A stretch of DNA of 64,000 bases from Lingula anatina (GCA_051362555.1 CM120645.1:14694001-14758000); one strand, 5' to 3'; shown: positions 51,218-62,636, counted from the stretch's first letter. Made by a program: numbers and translations. The notes: generated from the letters alone by a model not told the origin.

Positions 51218-51949
51218 ATGGCGTCGTCTTTTCATGTTATCTTACCGTCAAACAGCAGCTTTAAGTATTTCCCTAACAACAGACCCGAGACATTCCAAAC
51301 AAAACTGTCATCGTCACTTAATCTAGAAGGGGATTTTGAAGTCGCATTGGTGGAACTACAGTACCCATATTCGTGGAATAATATTCAGAACGGTGTATTG
51401 ACATATTACGACGGGGTAAAAACGAATACGTTAAACATTACTGCAGGGTATTATCCGACAGTTGGCGATCTAATAACTGCAATTCACGATCAGTTAACAG
51501 CTATTGGAAAAACAAACATAACGTTGGGTTATAACATTATCAGCAGACGAGTTACAGTTCACTTGAAATCGGGGGCCTACATCGATGTTGCGGGAGACAT
51601 GGCGACAATGCTGGGGTTTAAACCGAATGTCAGAGTTAATGCAGATACAATAGCCCCTTACCCTCCAAACATGACGTTAGGGTTCAATTCCCTCTACGTG
51701 TATACAGATATTATACAAAATCAGATGGTAGGGGACGCTTCGGCAAATTTACTGAGGATTGTTGATATTAATGGCGTTTACGGACAAGTGGTCACAAAAA
51801 CATTTGACAATCCCATTTACATCCCTCTAAATCGTCGTCATATTGACACAATTCGAATAGATATAAGTCGTGACACGGGTGAACTTGTGCAGTTTGATAG
51901 CGGGAAGGCTATAGCGACACTTCATTTTCGCAGAAAGAGTTTATTATAA
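51218..51949 (+). CDS. Minor capsid (penton-like, single jelly-roll) protein
   Basis: MASSFHVILPSNSS..FPNN, LYVYTDII..QMVGD...LLRIV and the LHFRR end are typical Maverick mCP motifs. The ATG at 51218 is preferred over the ORF-track start. Confidence 0.85.
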   Translation: MASSFHVILPSNSSFKYFPNNRPETFQTKLSSSLNLEGDFEVALVELQYPYSWNNIQNGVLTYYDGVKTNTLNITAGYYPTVGDLITAIHDQLTAIGKTNITLGYNIISRRVTVHLKSGAYIDVAGDMATMLGFKPNVRVNADTIAPYPPNMTLGFNSLYVYTDIIQNQMVGDASANLLRIVDINGVYGQVVTKTFDNPIYIPLNRRHIDTIRIDISRDTGELVQFDSGKAIATLHFRRKSLL

Positions 51950-51951
51950 AA

Positions 51952-52329
51952 ATGGATCCTGTATACGTAGCGTTAGTAAAAAGATACGAAGCACAGGTGG
52001 GCGGAGGGTCCATTCATAAATTTAGAGGTACAAGGGTACAATCACGAATGCAAAGAGGCAATGGTAGGCTATTTCAACCTAGACACGCTGAAATATTGCA
52101 TGTAGATAGACAGAATAACCCGAAACGCACAGAACAACCCGCAGTAAAGAAGAAACGTAAAAGAAGTCGTACCCCGAAGTCAAAACTTTATGTTAATGGT
52201 GACGTCATAAGGAAAACGTTAAACGCCATGACTATAAAAAAGAACAACACACCTAAAGCATCCAGAAGAGTAAAAGGTAGACGACCAAAACAGTCACGTT
52301 CATTCAAGGCACGAGAAACGAATTTTTAG
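51952..52329 (+). CDS. Small basic protein (putative DNA-binding core protein)
   Basis: YEAQVGGG..FRG...QRGNG motif and a K/R-rich C-terminus; lies between mCP and MCP with 2-bp gaps. Confidence 0.7.
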   Translation: MDPVYVALVKRYEAQVGGGSIHKFRGTRVQSRMQRGNGRLFQPRHAEILHVDRQNNPKRTEQPAVKKKRKRSRTPKSKLYVNGDVIRKTLNAMTIKKNNTPKASRRVKGRRPKQSRSFKARETNF

Positions 52330-52331
52330 AC

Positions 52332-53651
52332 ATGAATAACACTGAAAATGATCCCATCGTCAGAACTGAACTGGATATATTTTCGAATATACGCGATCAT
52401 ATGCAGACCGATCTGTTATCGAGCTATTTTGAAGAAGTGAGACCTCTCACTGCGGTTGCAGATGTGAGTCCCGTAATAGAATTTGTCATTAAAGGAACAC
52501 CCGACGAATATATCGATACGACGCAAATCAACCTATACGTTGAAGGTCAAATTGTTAAAGCAGATGGAACTGACATCGATGCAGGACAAAACACATCAGT
52601 TGTGAATAACACGCTACACTCCCTATTCACAGCGGTTGACGTAGAGTTGAATGACCATTTAATAACTGTGGGACAGAATACATATGCCTACCGCGCATAC
52701 TTGGAAAATTTATTGTATTATGGGAAAAATGCTAAAGAATCGCTTTTAACTTCGGAAATGTATTACCAAGATACCGATGGACTGATGGATGACGTTGATG
52801 TAGACGGAGACCCAGGGAATGAAGGATTTAAGGCCCGTAATTCTTGGTTTCAAAGGAGCAGGAGGGTTGAAATGTATGGACCGTTAAAAATTGACTTAGC
52901 CACTCAAAATAAGCTTCTTCTGAATCAAGTGGACGTACGAATCAAGTTGCGAAGGACGTCGCATGCATTTTGCCTTATGTCGGACACGGATGCACAAGAA
53001 CAATTTCTGATCAAAAACATATCCCTTTTTGTAAGGAGAGTCAAAGTATCTGATCGGTTGAAACTGGCTCATGAGAACATATTAGCCAAACACGTAGCAT
53101 GCTATCCCATGACTAGAAGGGAAGTCAAAGTTATCAATTTACCCAATGGTGTAAGAACGGCTCATATTGACAATGCGTATTTTGGACGCATGCCTAAACG
53201 TATTCTTTTGGCTTTGTTGGAAGATGATGCTTTTTCGGGAGATTATACTAAGAATCCGTTTAATTTCAAACACAACGATTTAAGGCAACTTCGATTAATG
53301 GTGGCGGGGGAACAAATACCATTCAAACCTTACAATTTTGATTTTAGTGTTCAAGGGGGGCTAAACTACTTAAGGGCGTATTATGATCTTTTGTCAGCAG
53401 TTGGAGCGGCAGACGGAGAGCACAGCATCGATATTGATAGAACTCAATACCTGAATGGATATGTTTTATTCGCTCACGATCTAACCCCTGATCAAACCTT
53501 TGACAATTATATAACTCCAACAAAGCAGGGTTCGCTTAACATCGATCTGGAGTTTGGACAACAGATTAACAATATCGTATTGCTTGTCATGGCAGAATTT
53601 GATTCAGTTATCAAAATTGACCAACGTAGGAGCGTTTTTGTAGAATATTAA
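52332..53651 (+). CDS. Major capsid protein (double jelly-roll), 439 aa
   Basis: ELDIF, IEFVI.G..EYID, VNNTLHSLF, YAYRAYLENLL, NPFNFKH and DLTPD motifs of the Polinton MCP. Confidence 0.92.
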   Translation: MNNTENDPIVRTELDIFSNIRDHMQTDLLSSYFEEVRPLTAVADVSPVIEFVIKGTPDEYIDTTQINLYVEGQIVKADGTDIDAGQNTSVVNNTLHSLFTAVDVELNDHLITVGQNTYAYRAYLENLLYYGKNAKESLLTSEMYYQDTDGLMDDVDVDGDPGNEGFKARNSWFQRSRRVEMYGPLKIDLATQNKLLLNQVDVRIKLRRTSHAFCLMSDTDAQEQFLIKNISLFVRRVKVSDRLKLAHENILAKHVACYPMTRREVKVINLPNGVRTAHIDNAYFGRMPKRILLALLEDDAFSGDYTKNPFNFKHNDLRQLRLMVAGEQIPFKPYNFDFSVQGGLNYLRAYYDLLSAVGAADGEHSIDIDRTQYLNGYVLFAHDLTPDQTFDNYITPTKQGSLNIDLEFGQQINNIVLLVMAEFDSVIKIDQRRSVFVEY

Positions 53652-53654
53652 AAT

Positions 53655-54182
53655 ATGAATACGAAGCAAATAGAATGCATTCTTCAGACTGATCCGGTTA
53701 CGAGTACATGTTTTCAAGGGGTGTTTGCATCAGACGCGTTGCCCAAAAAGATATGGACTTATCCAGCATGCCTCGTGGCTAATACGGATCCTCACGATAA
53801 ACCGGGCGTGCACTGGGTTGCTTTTTACTTTGATGAACAGGGACACGGAGAGTTCTTTGACTCTTATGCGAAATCACCTTATTATTACAACGCAGCTTTT
53901 AAACGTTTTTTAGATGAAAACTCTTTATCTGGGTGGAATTGTAACTCTAGGACATTACAGAGCCTGTATACCAAAGTGTGTGGACAATACTGTATATATT
54001 ACTTGATGAATAGATCTCGTGGAAAAAAATTAGAACAGATACTTAGTAAATTCACCAGCGACAAACAATTTAATGATATATTAGTGTATGATTATGTTAA
54101 TGCACATTGCAACATACCCTACTGTGTAAACGCGTGTTTTCAAGTTTGTAGATCAAAGAAGTCACTAGGAATATTGTATTAA
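53655..54182 (+). CDS. Adenain-like cysteine (maturation) protease
   Basis: NTD....GVHWVA, EFFDSY and LQS....VCGQYC supply the catalytic H/D/Q/C. Confidence 0.93.
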   Translation: MNTKQIECILQTDPVTSTCFQGVFASDALPKKIWTYPACLVANTDPHDKPGVHWVAFYFDEQGHGEFFDSYAKSPYYYNAAFKRFLDENSLSGWNCNSRTLQSLYTKVCGQYCIYYLMNRSRGKKLEQILSKFTSDKQFNDILVYDYVNAHCNIPYCVNACFQVCRSKKSLGILY

Positions 54183-54247
54183 ACACATTTATTCGAGTAA
54201 TAATAAAAATACAGCTGTGCAAATATGTTTTATGTTATTATTTTATT

Positions 54248-55009
54248 TCAATATATGTTGAATAAAGATAGTTTAGATTTTACTACATTTCCCGAATCTT
54301 TCTGACTTGGCCTGGGAGCTGGTTTAGTTTTTGCTACATGTCCCGAGCCCATCTGAGTTGAACTGGAAGAAGTGTCCAACGACATAATCTGGTTGCGCCG
54401 CTTTACGTTTGAGATGTTATTTAGTGGTACATTAAGACGTTTCAAACCCTTTAAAAATACAGTAAGCCCTGGCGGTTCGTAATTCCTACGGGGTACATAC
54501 AGATCGTTAAACAAATCTACTACATTGCTTCCTTCGTACACTCTACCATTGTATTTCAACTCCCCTTGATCATTATACGACAGCACATTAGGTTGGTTAG
54601 ACATGTATCTCAAAATTACGTTAGCTTTGCGACGCACACGCTGTGGTATTGCATCTAATATCTCGGCTTTAAGATGTAATACAGATCCAGCCTCTGACTT
54701 GACGATGGGGGTTGCGGTTGCGTCAGCGGTGTCAACTCCAGGTTGTGCTTCTAACGGTTGTGACGAATTGTGCACAACAACTGCAACCGGTTCGCGTTTT
54801 CTCGCTTTACTCAGATATTGACTTTGAAGATCGTTGTAGATACTCATTTTTTCATCGAATGGTACATTGGTCCTTTGCAAAGTTTTCTTCATTTCATTTT
54901 CTAAACGTAGTGTTTCTTCGACAAAGGGGGAATAATTAGCGCTTACTCTCTGTTTCAAAGCATTCAGTTCGTTCTCGTTGATTAAGACCATTTTATTGAA
55001 GCCTGCCAT
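54248..55009 (-). CDS. Conserved Polinton protein of unknown function, 253 aa
   Basis: Intact ORF; SYNDQGEL..NG...GSNVVDL motif; position downstream of the ATPase. Confidence 0.75.
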   Translation of the reverse strand: MAGFNKMVLINENELNALKQRVSANYSPFVEETLRLENEMKKTLQRTNVPFDEKMSIYNDLQSQYLSKARKREPVAVVVHNSSQPLEAQPGVDTADATATPIVKSEAGSVLHLKAEILDAIPQRVRRKANVILRYMSNQPNVLSYNDQGELKYNGRVYEGSNVVDLFNDLYVPRRNYEPPGLTVFLKGLKRLNVPLNNISNVKRRNQIMSLDTSSSSTQMGSGHVAKTKPAPRPSQKDSGNVVKSKLSLFNIY

Positions 55010-55316
55010 TTCTTGTTATCGGTTTAAGAATTGCCTTAACTGCACCCGGATTCCGTATCAAAATTATTTTTTTCCGATGAATGGACACTTGTTTGGAAGC
55101 CAGCTGAACGATGACGCGTTTAACCCTCCGTAATGCCGATTTTTCTGTCGCAGTCAGGGTAATATTTGTATTATATAATAGATTAGATGCGTAGTTACAG
55201 ATGATTCTAACGAGATCGTAGGGTGAATTCTTAACAACGGCAGTTATCAATTTCTTTTCGGCTATGGAAAGCAAACTGACATGAGCATTGAATAACTTTT
55301 CTGTCTCAACTTTCAT
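54993..55316 (-). CDS. Small basic Polinton protein, 107 aa
   Basis: Intact ORF directly after the ATPase, overlapping the next ORF by 17 bp; ICNYASNLL...LT..EK..L pattern. Confidence 0.7.
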   Translation of the reverse strand: MKVETEKLFNAHVSLLSIAEKKLITAVVKNSPYDLVRIICNYASNLLYNTNITLTATEKSALRRVKRVIVQLASKQVSIHRKKIILIRNPGAVKAILKPITRNGRLQ

Positions 55317-55346
55317 GATACACCGCAGCGATGAAAATGTGTTCAG

Positions 55347-56018
55347 TCATTTACATGTGTATGCGTAATGCGTTTCTCCGGGAAAGATATTGGTGCGCAG
55401 ACGAATGCAATCCGCAGTGTTCTGTCTGAGGTCTATGAGTAAATAGCTATGGGCACTGGATGTGGCGTCTTTATAAACATTTATAAACGATTTTAGATCG
55501 TTGGGATACATTTGCATTCCTAGCGTTTTGACTTGCAGGGAGTCACGGGGGTTTTTAAAAAGAACCAAATAATGACAGTTCAACGATATGGTTCGCGCGT
55601 GCTTTTCTTTGGGAAATAAATTTTGTACAATCAATACTACACTGATGTTACGATGGTGAGAGCCTTTTGTGAATAGGTCACGGATCCGGGCATCGTCGCT
55701 ACATTCGGCAAAAAGATCATCGAGTACTATTAGATTATTTAATTGAGAATCAAAAAAGGTGGCGTCGGTTAAGTCGGTAGGAATACCTTTAAAGAATGTT
55801 ACTGTGTCAGGGTGTTCCCTCTGAATATCATCGAACAACTGCTGCCAAATATCGTAACAATATATTATCTTTTGTGGCGACGGTGAAATCATTTTATCGG
55901 CATTTGATAATAGCCTTTTAATCCATACTGTTTTTCCTGAACCAGTGGGCCCTGCTAAAAGAGCAGTGAAAGGGTGTTTTAGATGTGTATCGTACATGTC
56001 CAAAAATGTAATTGACAT
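55347..56018 (-). CDS. A32/FtsK-like DNA packaging ATPase
   Basis: Walker A GPTGSGKT, Walker B LIVLDD, FTKGSHHRNISV and RTISLNCHY. Confidence 0.95.
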   Translation of the reverse strand: MSITFLDMYDTHLKHPFTALLAGPTGSGKTVWIKRLLSNADKMISPSPQKIIYCYDIWQQLFDDIQREHPDTVTFFKGIPTDLTDATFFDSQLNNLIVLDDLFAECSDDARIRDLFTKGSHHRNISVVLIVQNLFPKEKHARTISLNCHYLVLFKNPRDSLQVKTLGMQMYPNDLKSFINVYKDATSSAHSYLLIDLRQNTADCIRLRTNIFPGETHYAYTCK

Positions 56019-56598
56019 TTATCGGCTTGAAGAGTTTACTTTATACCTTTTATCACGTGTTATACACAAACGACATATTATTTCCTGAGTCTTTCCATGA
56101 TGAAGTTCTACGTGTTTCTAAGTTTTCGCTTACTATTATCCTTACAACATCTGGTTTTCAACGGTCAATGTTCAAGTTTTATAATTAGCCTGGCTATGCT
56201 AGCGCTTTGATCTATGTAGTAATGTGATTTATTAGGAGGGGCCTGGACATTTTAATTGAGACAGTGGTTAGGGAACACTGTTTCTATCTATCCATACATG
56301 TGAAGTGATAAAAATTGCAGTAACATTGATAACCGCTTTTCATTTTCAAGCTAAAGTTCGTAAGTTCGGGGGAGGGTACTTAGTGACACGGTACATTCAG
56401 TTCTCATGCATCGTACACAAAGAGGCAATCGCCATTAATTAATGTGTGCTGTTTCGTCTCTATGGGCCTTTCAATAGCGTGTGATTGTGCTTGTGCACAT
56501 TCTTTTGTGAAGAGATTACGTTGAGAGCGACACTGAAAGTACAAAAGAGACTGGTGTTGTTTCTGTACACGGGGGGGTACAATAGAAGACCACAGCAC

Positions 56599-56785
56599 GT
56601 ACATTATTAACAACATTTTCCCCCGAAGACGATATTATTGATAGTATTCGATTTGTACGGCAGGTACATTATTAACAACATTTTCCCCCGAAGACGATAT
56701 TATTGATAGTATTCGATTTGTACGGCAGGTACATTATTAACAACATTTCCCACGAAGACGATATTACTGATAGTATTTGCTTTGT
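56599..56785. repeat. 65-bp tandem repeat (~2.9 copies) between the divergent ATPase and pPolB genes
   Basis: GTACATTATTAACAACATTT...GAAGACGATATTA starts at 56599, 56664 and 56729. Confidence 0.9.
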
Positions 56786-57454
56786 GTTATGTTCTACTAC
56801 ATTTTATTGAGTGCAACGCTGTGTGACTATGTAATGAAATTTAAACGCGTATCAATCGATACAATAGAACAACTGTAGTCACACCCATGCGTGTTGTTGT
56901 AAGGGATTACATCAAGAGAGTGGCATTGAAATTATAAGAGGCTGGTGTTGATTCTGTGAACAGGGAGGACAATATAAGGCCAGGGTATATGAATAATCAA
57001 CAGCATTTTCTCACGGTTGTCACCCTACATTTTCCCGCGAACAACACAATGGTATACGCAATTTTATGTGACGTGGGATATTTTTATTGGTTAAAAGTTT
57101 TATTTCATTATTCTTAATATTAAACATCCTGGCTTCGGCGTCATTTGAGCATTAACGTCTGTGGAGGCATGTCGCGGCAATACATTGTAGAAGGTCCCAT
57201 GGAGAGTCAGTGTAGGAGCACACAAAATGTAAGTTACTGAACGTTCAGTCAATTTAATTCACGTTAAAATTTTTGTATATATCGTTAACATTGTGTCTAA
57301 AATGTTTAGCTGTCTGAAAACGGGGGACTGATTTGATTTTTTGATCTTTATAGATATCACGCACAGTGGCTATTGCTTGAGCTTGAGATTTCCTTACCCT
57401 CACCCCTTACATTACCCCTCCTTTTATTACATGTGCCTTTAACACTATTTTATC

Positions 57455-60400
57455 ATGGGTGACACAGAGTCTGAGGGATCGGTTTCTAATTTGTGGGAAG
57501 ACATGAGTAATGAGGATGATTTATTGAATGCGGAGCATGAGAGTGGTGATGAGTTATGGGCTGATTCAAATGTAACAGACGATCAGCTGGTAAATCATGT
57601 AGATCAGTTCGAAGGTGAACTCGGGATGGGGTTAGATTATAGAAGGTTTTATAATCTGCGACGGGTCAATGAACGGCGCATGAAAAAATTTTCAACTGTA
57701 AACACGGACTATCAGCTCACATTCTCCCATTTAGAAAATAGAAGTTTAAATTCTATGATCCCGTTCCTACGTGAGCTTTTCCAAAACATATTTGACGACT
57801 TAGTGCAGAACATGCTTCCTCATGATTTGGTCAGAATTGTCTTGCAATCTGACACGTTAGAGTATCCCATATCAATAGCGTTCACGAGGGTATCTGAATT
57901 TACAGTGGATCTCTTTTTGGACGAATTGATAAGAGTATTACAGTCTCACGAGGAGTTTAGACTTGACGCATCTATTATTTTAACTGTGTGTCATGTCAGT
58001 ATGCCACGCCCTGGTGGAGCAAGATTAAAAAGAGGGTCTATGGGTATGCAGAGCTTTCTCCACGCAAAGCGTTCAGTCATTCAAATACGTAACGGGGCGG
58101 GAGATCAGTTGTGTTTAGCGCGTGCATTGGTTGTAGCTATGGCCAAAGCAGATAATGACCCCGAATATGCAACAATCGTTGATAACCGTTGTCCTGAACA
58201 ATTAGAAAGAGCCCAAGGCTTGCATACAAGAGCTGGAGTACCGTTAGGTCCTTGTGGTGTCCCTGAAATTAAACAGTTTCAGTCATATTTGAGTAATTAT
58301 CAAATATCTGTGTTTTCTGGAGATCACTTTATGAGTTTAATTCATAAAGGACCTTCAGCTTTGAAGGAGCTGTTTTTATTTTATCATAAGGGGCATTATG
58401 ATGTCATAACTTCGATAACAGGTTTCATGGGTAGGGCGTACTATTGTACGGAATGCAATATAGGTTTTGATCACATGGGTGACCATTCGTGCGAAAAATA
58501 TTGCGAGAGGTGTAAAAAGGATTCGTCATGCAAGTTTGAAAATTGGCGTCATTGCGATCAGTGTAGCAGAAATTTCCTCTCTGACAGCTGTTTTAGAAAT
58601 CATACACTTGTACCCGAACAAGGTAAATGGTCAACCTGCCGACGATTTACTCTTTGTAAAAAGTGCACTAAATTTGTCGATCATAAAAGGGAGGAAAAAC
58701 ATGTGTGTTACACTTACAAGTGCAAGTCATGTAATAAGTACGTCAAAGACGGTCACTTATGTTACATGCAAATTGATAGAGATGACCGTGGTGAGGATGA
58801 TGACGATTTACTTATGTATATCGATGAGAATCCTGCTGCCAATTTCATTGGTAAGTTTAAACCTGGTTCAAAACGCCCTTTCATATTTTTTGATTTTGAA
58901 GCGCAGCCATCGCATGTTCATACCCCTAATCTAGTGGTTGCTCACAGGGTATGTCATCACTGTCTAAATTTAGACGTAACCCCCACTAGTACATGTGAGC
59001 TATGTGGCAAAAATGAACATGTGTTTAAGGGGCCGTCGTGTGTTGATGAATTTTGCAAATGGGTATTTGAAGATCAGAGTTTTGAACGTGCGCAAGGTAA
59101 AAGGAAAAGGAAAGGAAAAAACAAAGGAGGTCGCAGTAAACGAATGAATCCTGGAGCATCGTTATGTTTTGATGGTGCTGAGTATGAATGTGAGAATAAC
59201 GAGGAGGATATGATCATACATAATGGGGCTATATTGTTGGCACACAACATGTCTGGTTATGATGGTTTTTTCCTCTTAAAATGGCTCAAAGACCAATGTA
59301 TCGTTCCTGAGGTGATATTACGGGGCGCCAAGGTGCTTTCTATTAAGGTGGGCGATATAACCGTTCTTGATTCTTACAGCTTCCTCCCCATGGCACTCAA
59401 CAAACTTCCCGCTGCATTTGGTCTAGATGAATCCCTGTCAAAGGGCTACTTCCCCCACTTCTTTAATACCCCTGAAAACCAAGACTATAGGGGTAAAATG
59501 CCCGCCACTAATTTCTATGGCTCTGATTCAATGTCTACCGGTGCGAGAGAAAAATTTTTGGCATGGTACAATGATCAGGTTAGTCAAAACTATATATTTG
59601 ATTTCCAAAAGGAAATACTCATATACTGCCGCATGGACGTCACCATTCTTCGGCAAGCATGTCTCCGATTCAGGAAATTGATGCTTGATATAACAGTTGC
59701 GAATGGTGTGGAAATTGATGTTTTTTACAGATCTATCACTATAGCCAGCGCATGCAATGTTGTGTTCAGATCTTTATTTCTTATGCAAAACACGATCGGC
59801 ATTATTCCAGCACAGGGTTATAAGCCGAAAAACAAAACGTCCGTGAAAGCAGCTAAATGGTTGCGGTATAGGGCGGAGCGTGACAATGTCTTTATACAGC
59901 ATGCTCATAATCAGGGAGAAAAGAAAATAGGAAAGTTTGTCGTTGATGGTTGGGCGTCAACAACTAACACTGTCTACGAGTATCAGGGGTGTTTTTGGCA
60001 TGGGTGTCCAAAATGTTACAACAGTTACAATATCAACAATGTCAATTTGATGACAATGGGTGAGTTGTTAGAAAGGACGGTGGATAAGAAGCATGCGCTT
60101 CAGTCTTTAGGTTTCAACTACATAGAGGTATGGGAGTGTGAGTTTGACAGGGTCATACGGGAGGATGCTGGCGTGAAAGAAATAGTGGATAGCGTGAACG
60201 TTGTCGATTGTATTGATCCTCGTGAAGCCTTTTACGGGGGCAGGACGAACGCAGTCAAGCTTTTTTGTCAGGCAGATCAGGGACAGAAAATACGTTACAT
60301 TGACGTGTGTAGTCTATATCCCTATGTCAACAAATACAAACCATACCCCCTCTGTCACCCCACCATCATAACCGAAAACTTTGGTCCTCTTAGCGAGTAT

Positions 60401-61848
60401 GAAGGTTTAGTCAAATGTACTATTCTTCCTCCTCACGGCCTTTACCATCCTGTCCTTCCCTATAGATCACAAGGGAAACTAACATTTCCTCTTTGTCGCA
60501 CATGCGCTGACACACTGCAGCAGTCACGGTGTGAGCATAATGACGAAGAGCGTTGTATGACAGGTACATGGGTTACGGTCGAGTTAAAAAAGGCCGTTTC
60601 CAAGGGCTATGTGATTAAACAAATGCACGAGGTCTGGCATTATGATCATGTTAGCGAATACAACCCAATCACCAAAACGGGGGGTCTTTTCTCTGACTAT
60701 ATCAATACATTTCTCAAGCTCAAACAAGAGGCCAGCGGCTATCCACCAGAGTGCACGACACCACAGCTCAAAAGAGACTACATTGTTTCCTACTTCACCA
60801 AAGAGGGCATTCGACTAGACCCTAACCAAATTAAGAAGAACCCTGGTCTGAGGGCTTTGTCTAAACTGATGCTTAACAGCTTTTGGGGTACGTATAAACA
60901 GAGGTAGCATTCATTTATTACATACACTATGTCTGAGGTTCACGCATGATTCCAATATTTGTATTTGTTATTCACAGGAAATAATGGTAATAACATCGTA
61001 CGTACATTTGCATATTACATCTGTCCTTGATGCTTTATTATGTTTACACCTTGTTTATTCACATCATACAATATTACAGTACTTCTCATCCGTGCATTTT
61101 CACTATCCTTACTCGCATAGTTATGTTATTATTTTTTATGTTTGTTATTTCAGGCAAATTCGGTCAACGAATGAACATGACACAGTCCGAATACGTCACC
61201 GAGGTGGACGAGTACTTTGCACTGCTGTTGAACAAATCCGTCGATGTCACCAACGTGATGTTTTTAACCGATGATATGGTGGAGGTACACTACAAACACC
61301 AATCTGAGTTTAATGAATGCTCCGATAAGACCAACGTCGTCATAGCCGCGTACACCACCGCCCACGCTCGTATGGTTCTTTACAGCGCCATAGAGGTCCT
61401 GGATCGAAACGTTCTTTACTTTGACACGGACTCAATCATCTTCCTGGACGATGGCAGTGCACAAACCAACGCCTACCTAAATACCATCATGGGCAGCTAC
61501 CTCGGCGACTTCACCGATGAGCTAGATGAGGGGGACCACATCACCACCTTCGTGTCGGGCGGGCCGAAAAACTACGCATACGTTACCGCAAAGGGAAAGA
61601 CAATTTGTAAAGTGAGGGGTATCTCACTGAATTATGAAACCTCACAAATAGTGAACTATGAGACTTTACGTAACATGGTACACGGTATAGGTCCGAAAGA
61701 GGTGTCAACAACTACACATCATAAAATTGTGCGAGACACTCTGAATAAAGAACTGCTCTCTAAAAGGGAGGATAAAGTTTACCGGGTTGTGTACACTAAA
61801 CGTGTCATTCAGCAAGACTCATTTGATACACTACCATACGGCTATTAA
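57455..61848 (+). CDS. Protein-primed family B DNA polymerase, 1375 aa; exons 57455-60887 and 61154-61848
   Basis: Exo motifs FFDFE, AHNMSGYDG and YCRMDV; Pol motifs YIDVCSLYP, KLMLNSFWG|KFGQ (joined by splicing) and YFDTDS. Confidence 0.93.
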
Positions 61849-62117
61849 CTTTCATAAATTGCCGAGTAGTGTTGTTTATATATTTATCATTTTTCATTTT
61901 GTTGTACATACATTGTTTTGCTGTTTTAATCTGTGCATGTAATTGATAGATTCACTATACTCACTTTGCACTGCATTATGCTTAATTATTATCTTTTAGT
62001 AAATTAGACATTTATGTACATTGTTTTAATGTTTTAATGTGTATATACAACTGTTCACTATGATCAACTTACAATGCAATTATGTATTTCAATAAAATCA
62101 TGTTTTATTTACAAATT

Positions 62118-62267
62118 TACTTGTTTATCACTACATTGTGCCTTTTTCCTTAGTAATTCTTTAAAATCTCCTACATGCCCAGGCCCGTTCTGTACTTGTT
62201 TATCACTACATTGTGCCTTTTTCCTTAGTAATTCTTTAAAATCTCCTACATGCCCAGGCCCGTTCTG
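62118..62267. repeat. 75-bp direct tandem duplication overlapping the inner end of the right TIR
   Basis: TACTTGTTTATCACTACATTG...GGCCCGTTCTG starts at 62118 and 62193. Confidence 0.9.
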
Positions 62268-62459
62268 TGACGTCATCCGTTACTATAGTGAAACGTAAAC
62301 AAAAATAGGGAGTCTCGTTTGTTTACATTAAAAAAAATGTTTGTTTATTTTGTAAACATCCCCATTGTCCGGTATAGGTTTTCCATTGTTCAAATGATGT
62401 AACATAACAAAAGAAAAAAGTGGAATTCTTTTCTCCCGTATAGTACGGATGTAACTACT
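62243..62459 (-). repeat. Polinton right TIR
   Basis: Reverse complement of 47917-48133. Confidence 0.95.
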
Positions 62460-62636
62460 CACACACACCTGTAGTGTGCCCACCACAAGCTCAGGAAAGT
62501 TATTATTATTATTATTATTAATATTATTATTATTGCTACGTGGTGGGCTAACGCTCATTATATGCTTTTATAACAATAACAAAACAATTTTTGAGATCAA
62601 TTTTCTATAAGGAAATATTTCCTTTATTTATTCCAG

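Larger units (their letters stand above)
47917..62459. mobile_element. Polinton/Maverick (endogenous polintovirus-like element), 14,543 bp, apparently complete
   Basis: Termini AGTAGT...ACTACT, ~217-bp TIRs and CACACA on both flanks (6-bp TSD). It has the full core gene set. Confidence 0.97.

Noticed and set aside
58467-59681. Alternative-frame ORFs inside pPolB, and other ORFs overlapping Polinton genes
   Set aside because: No recognisable motifs; they overlap well-supported genes.
61027-61153. N-terminal part of the 273-aa ORF as a separate gene, or pPolB as a frameshifted pseudogene
   Set aside because: It lies within the GT-AG intron, and splicing restores the motif exactly.
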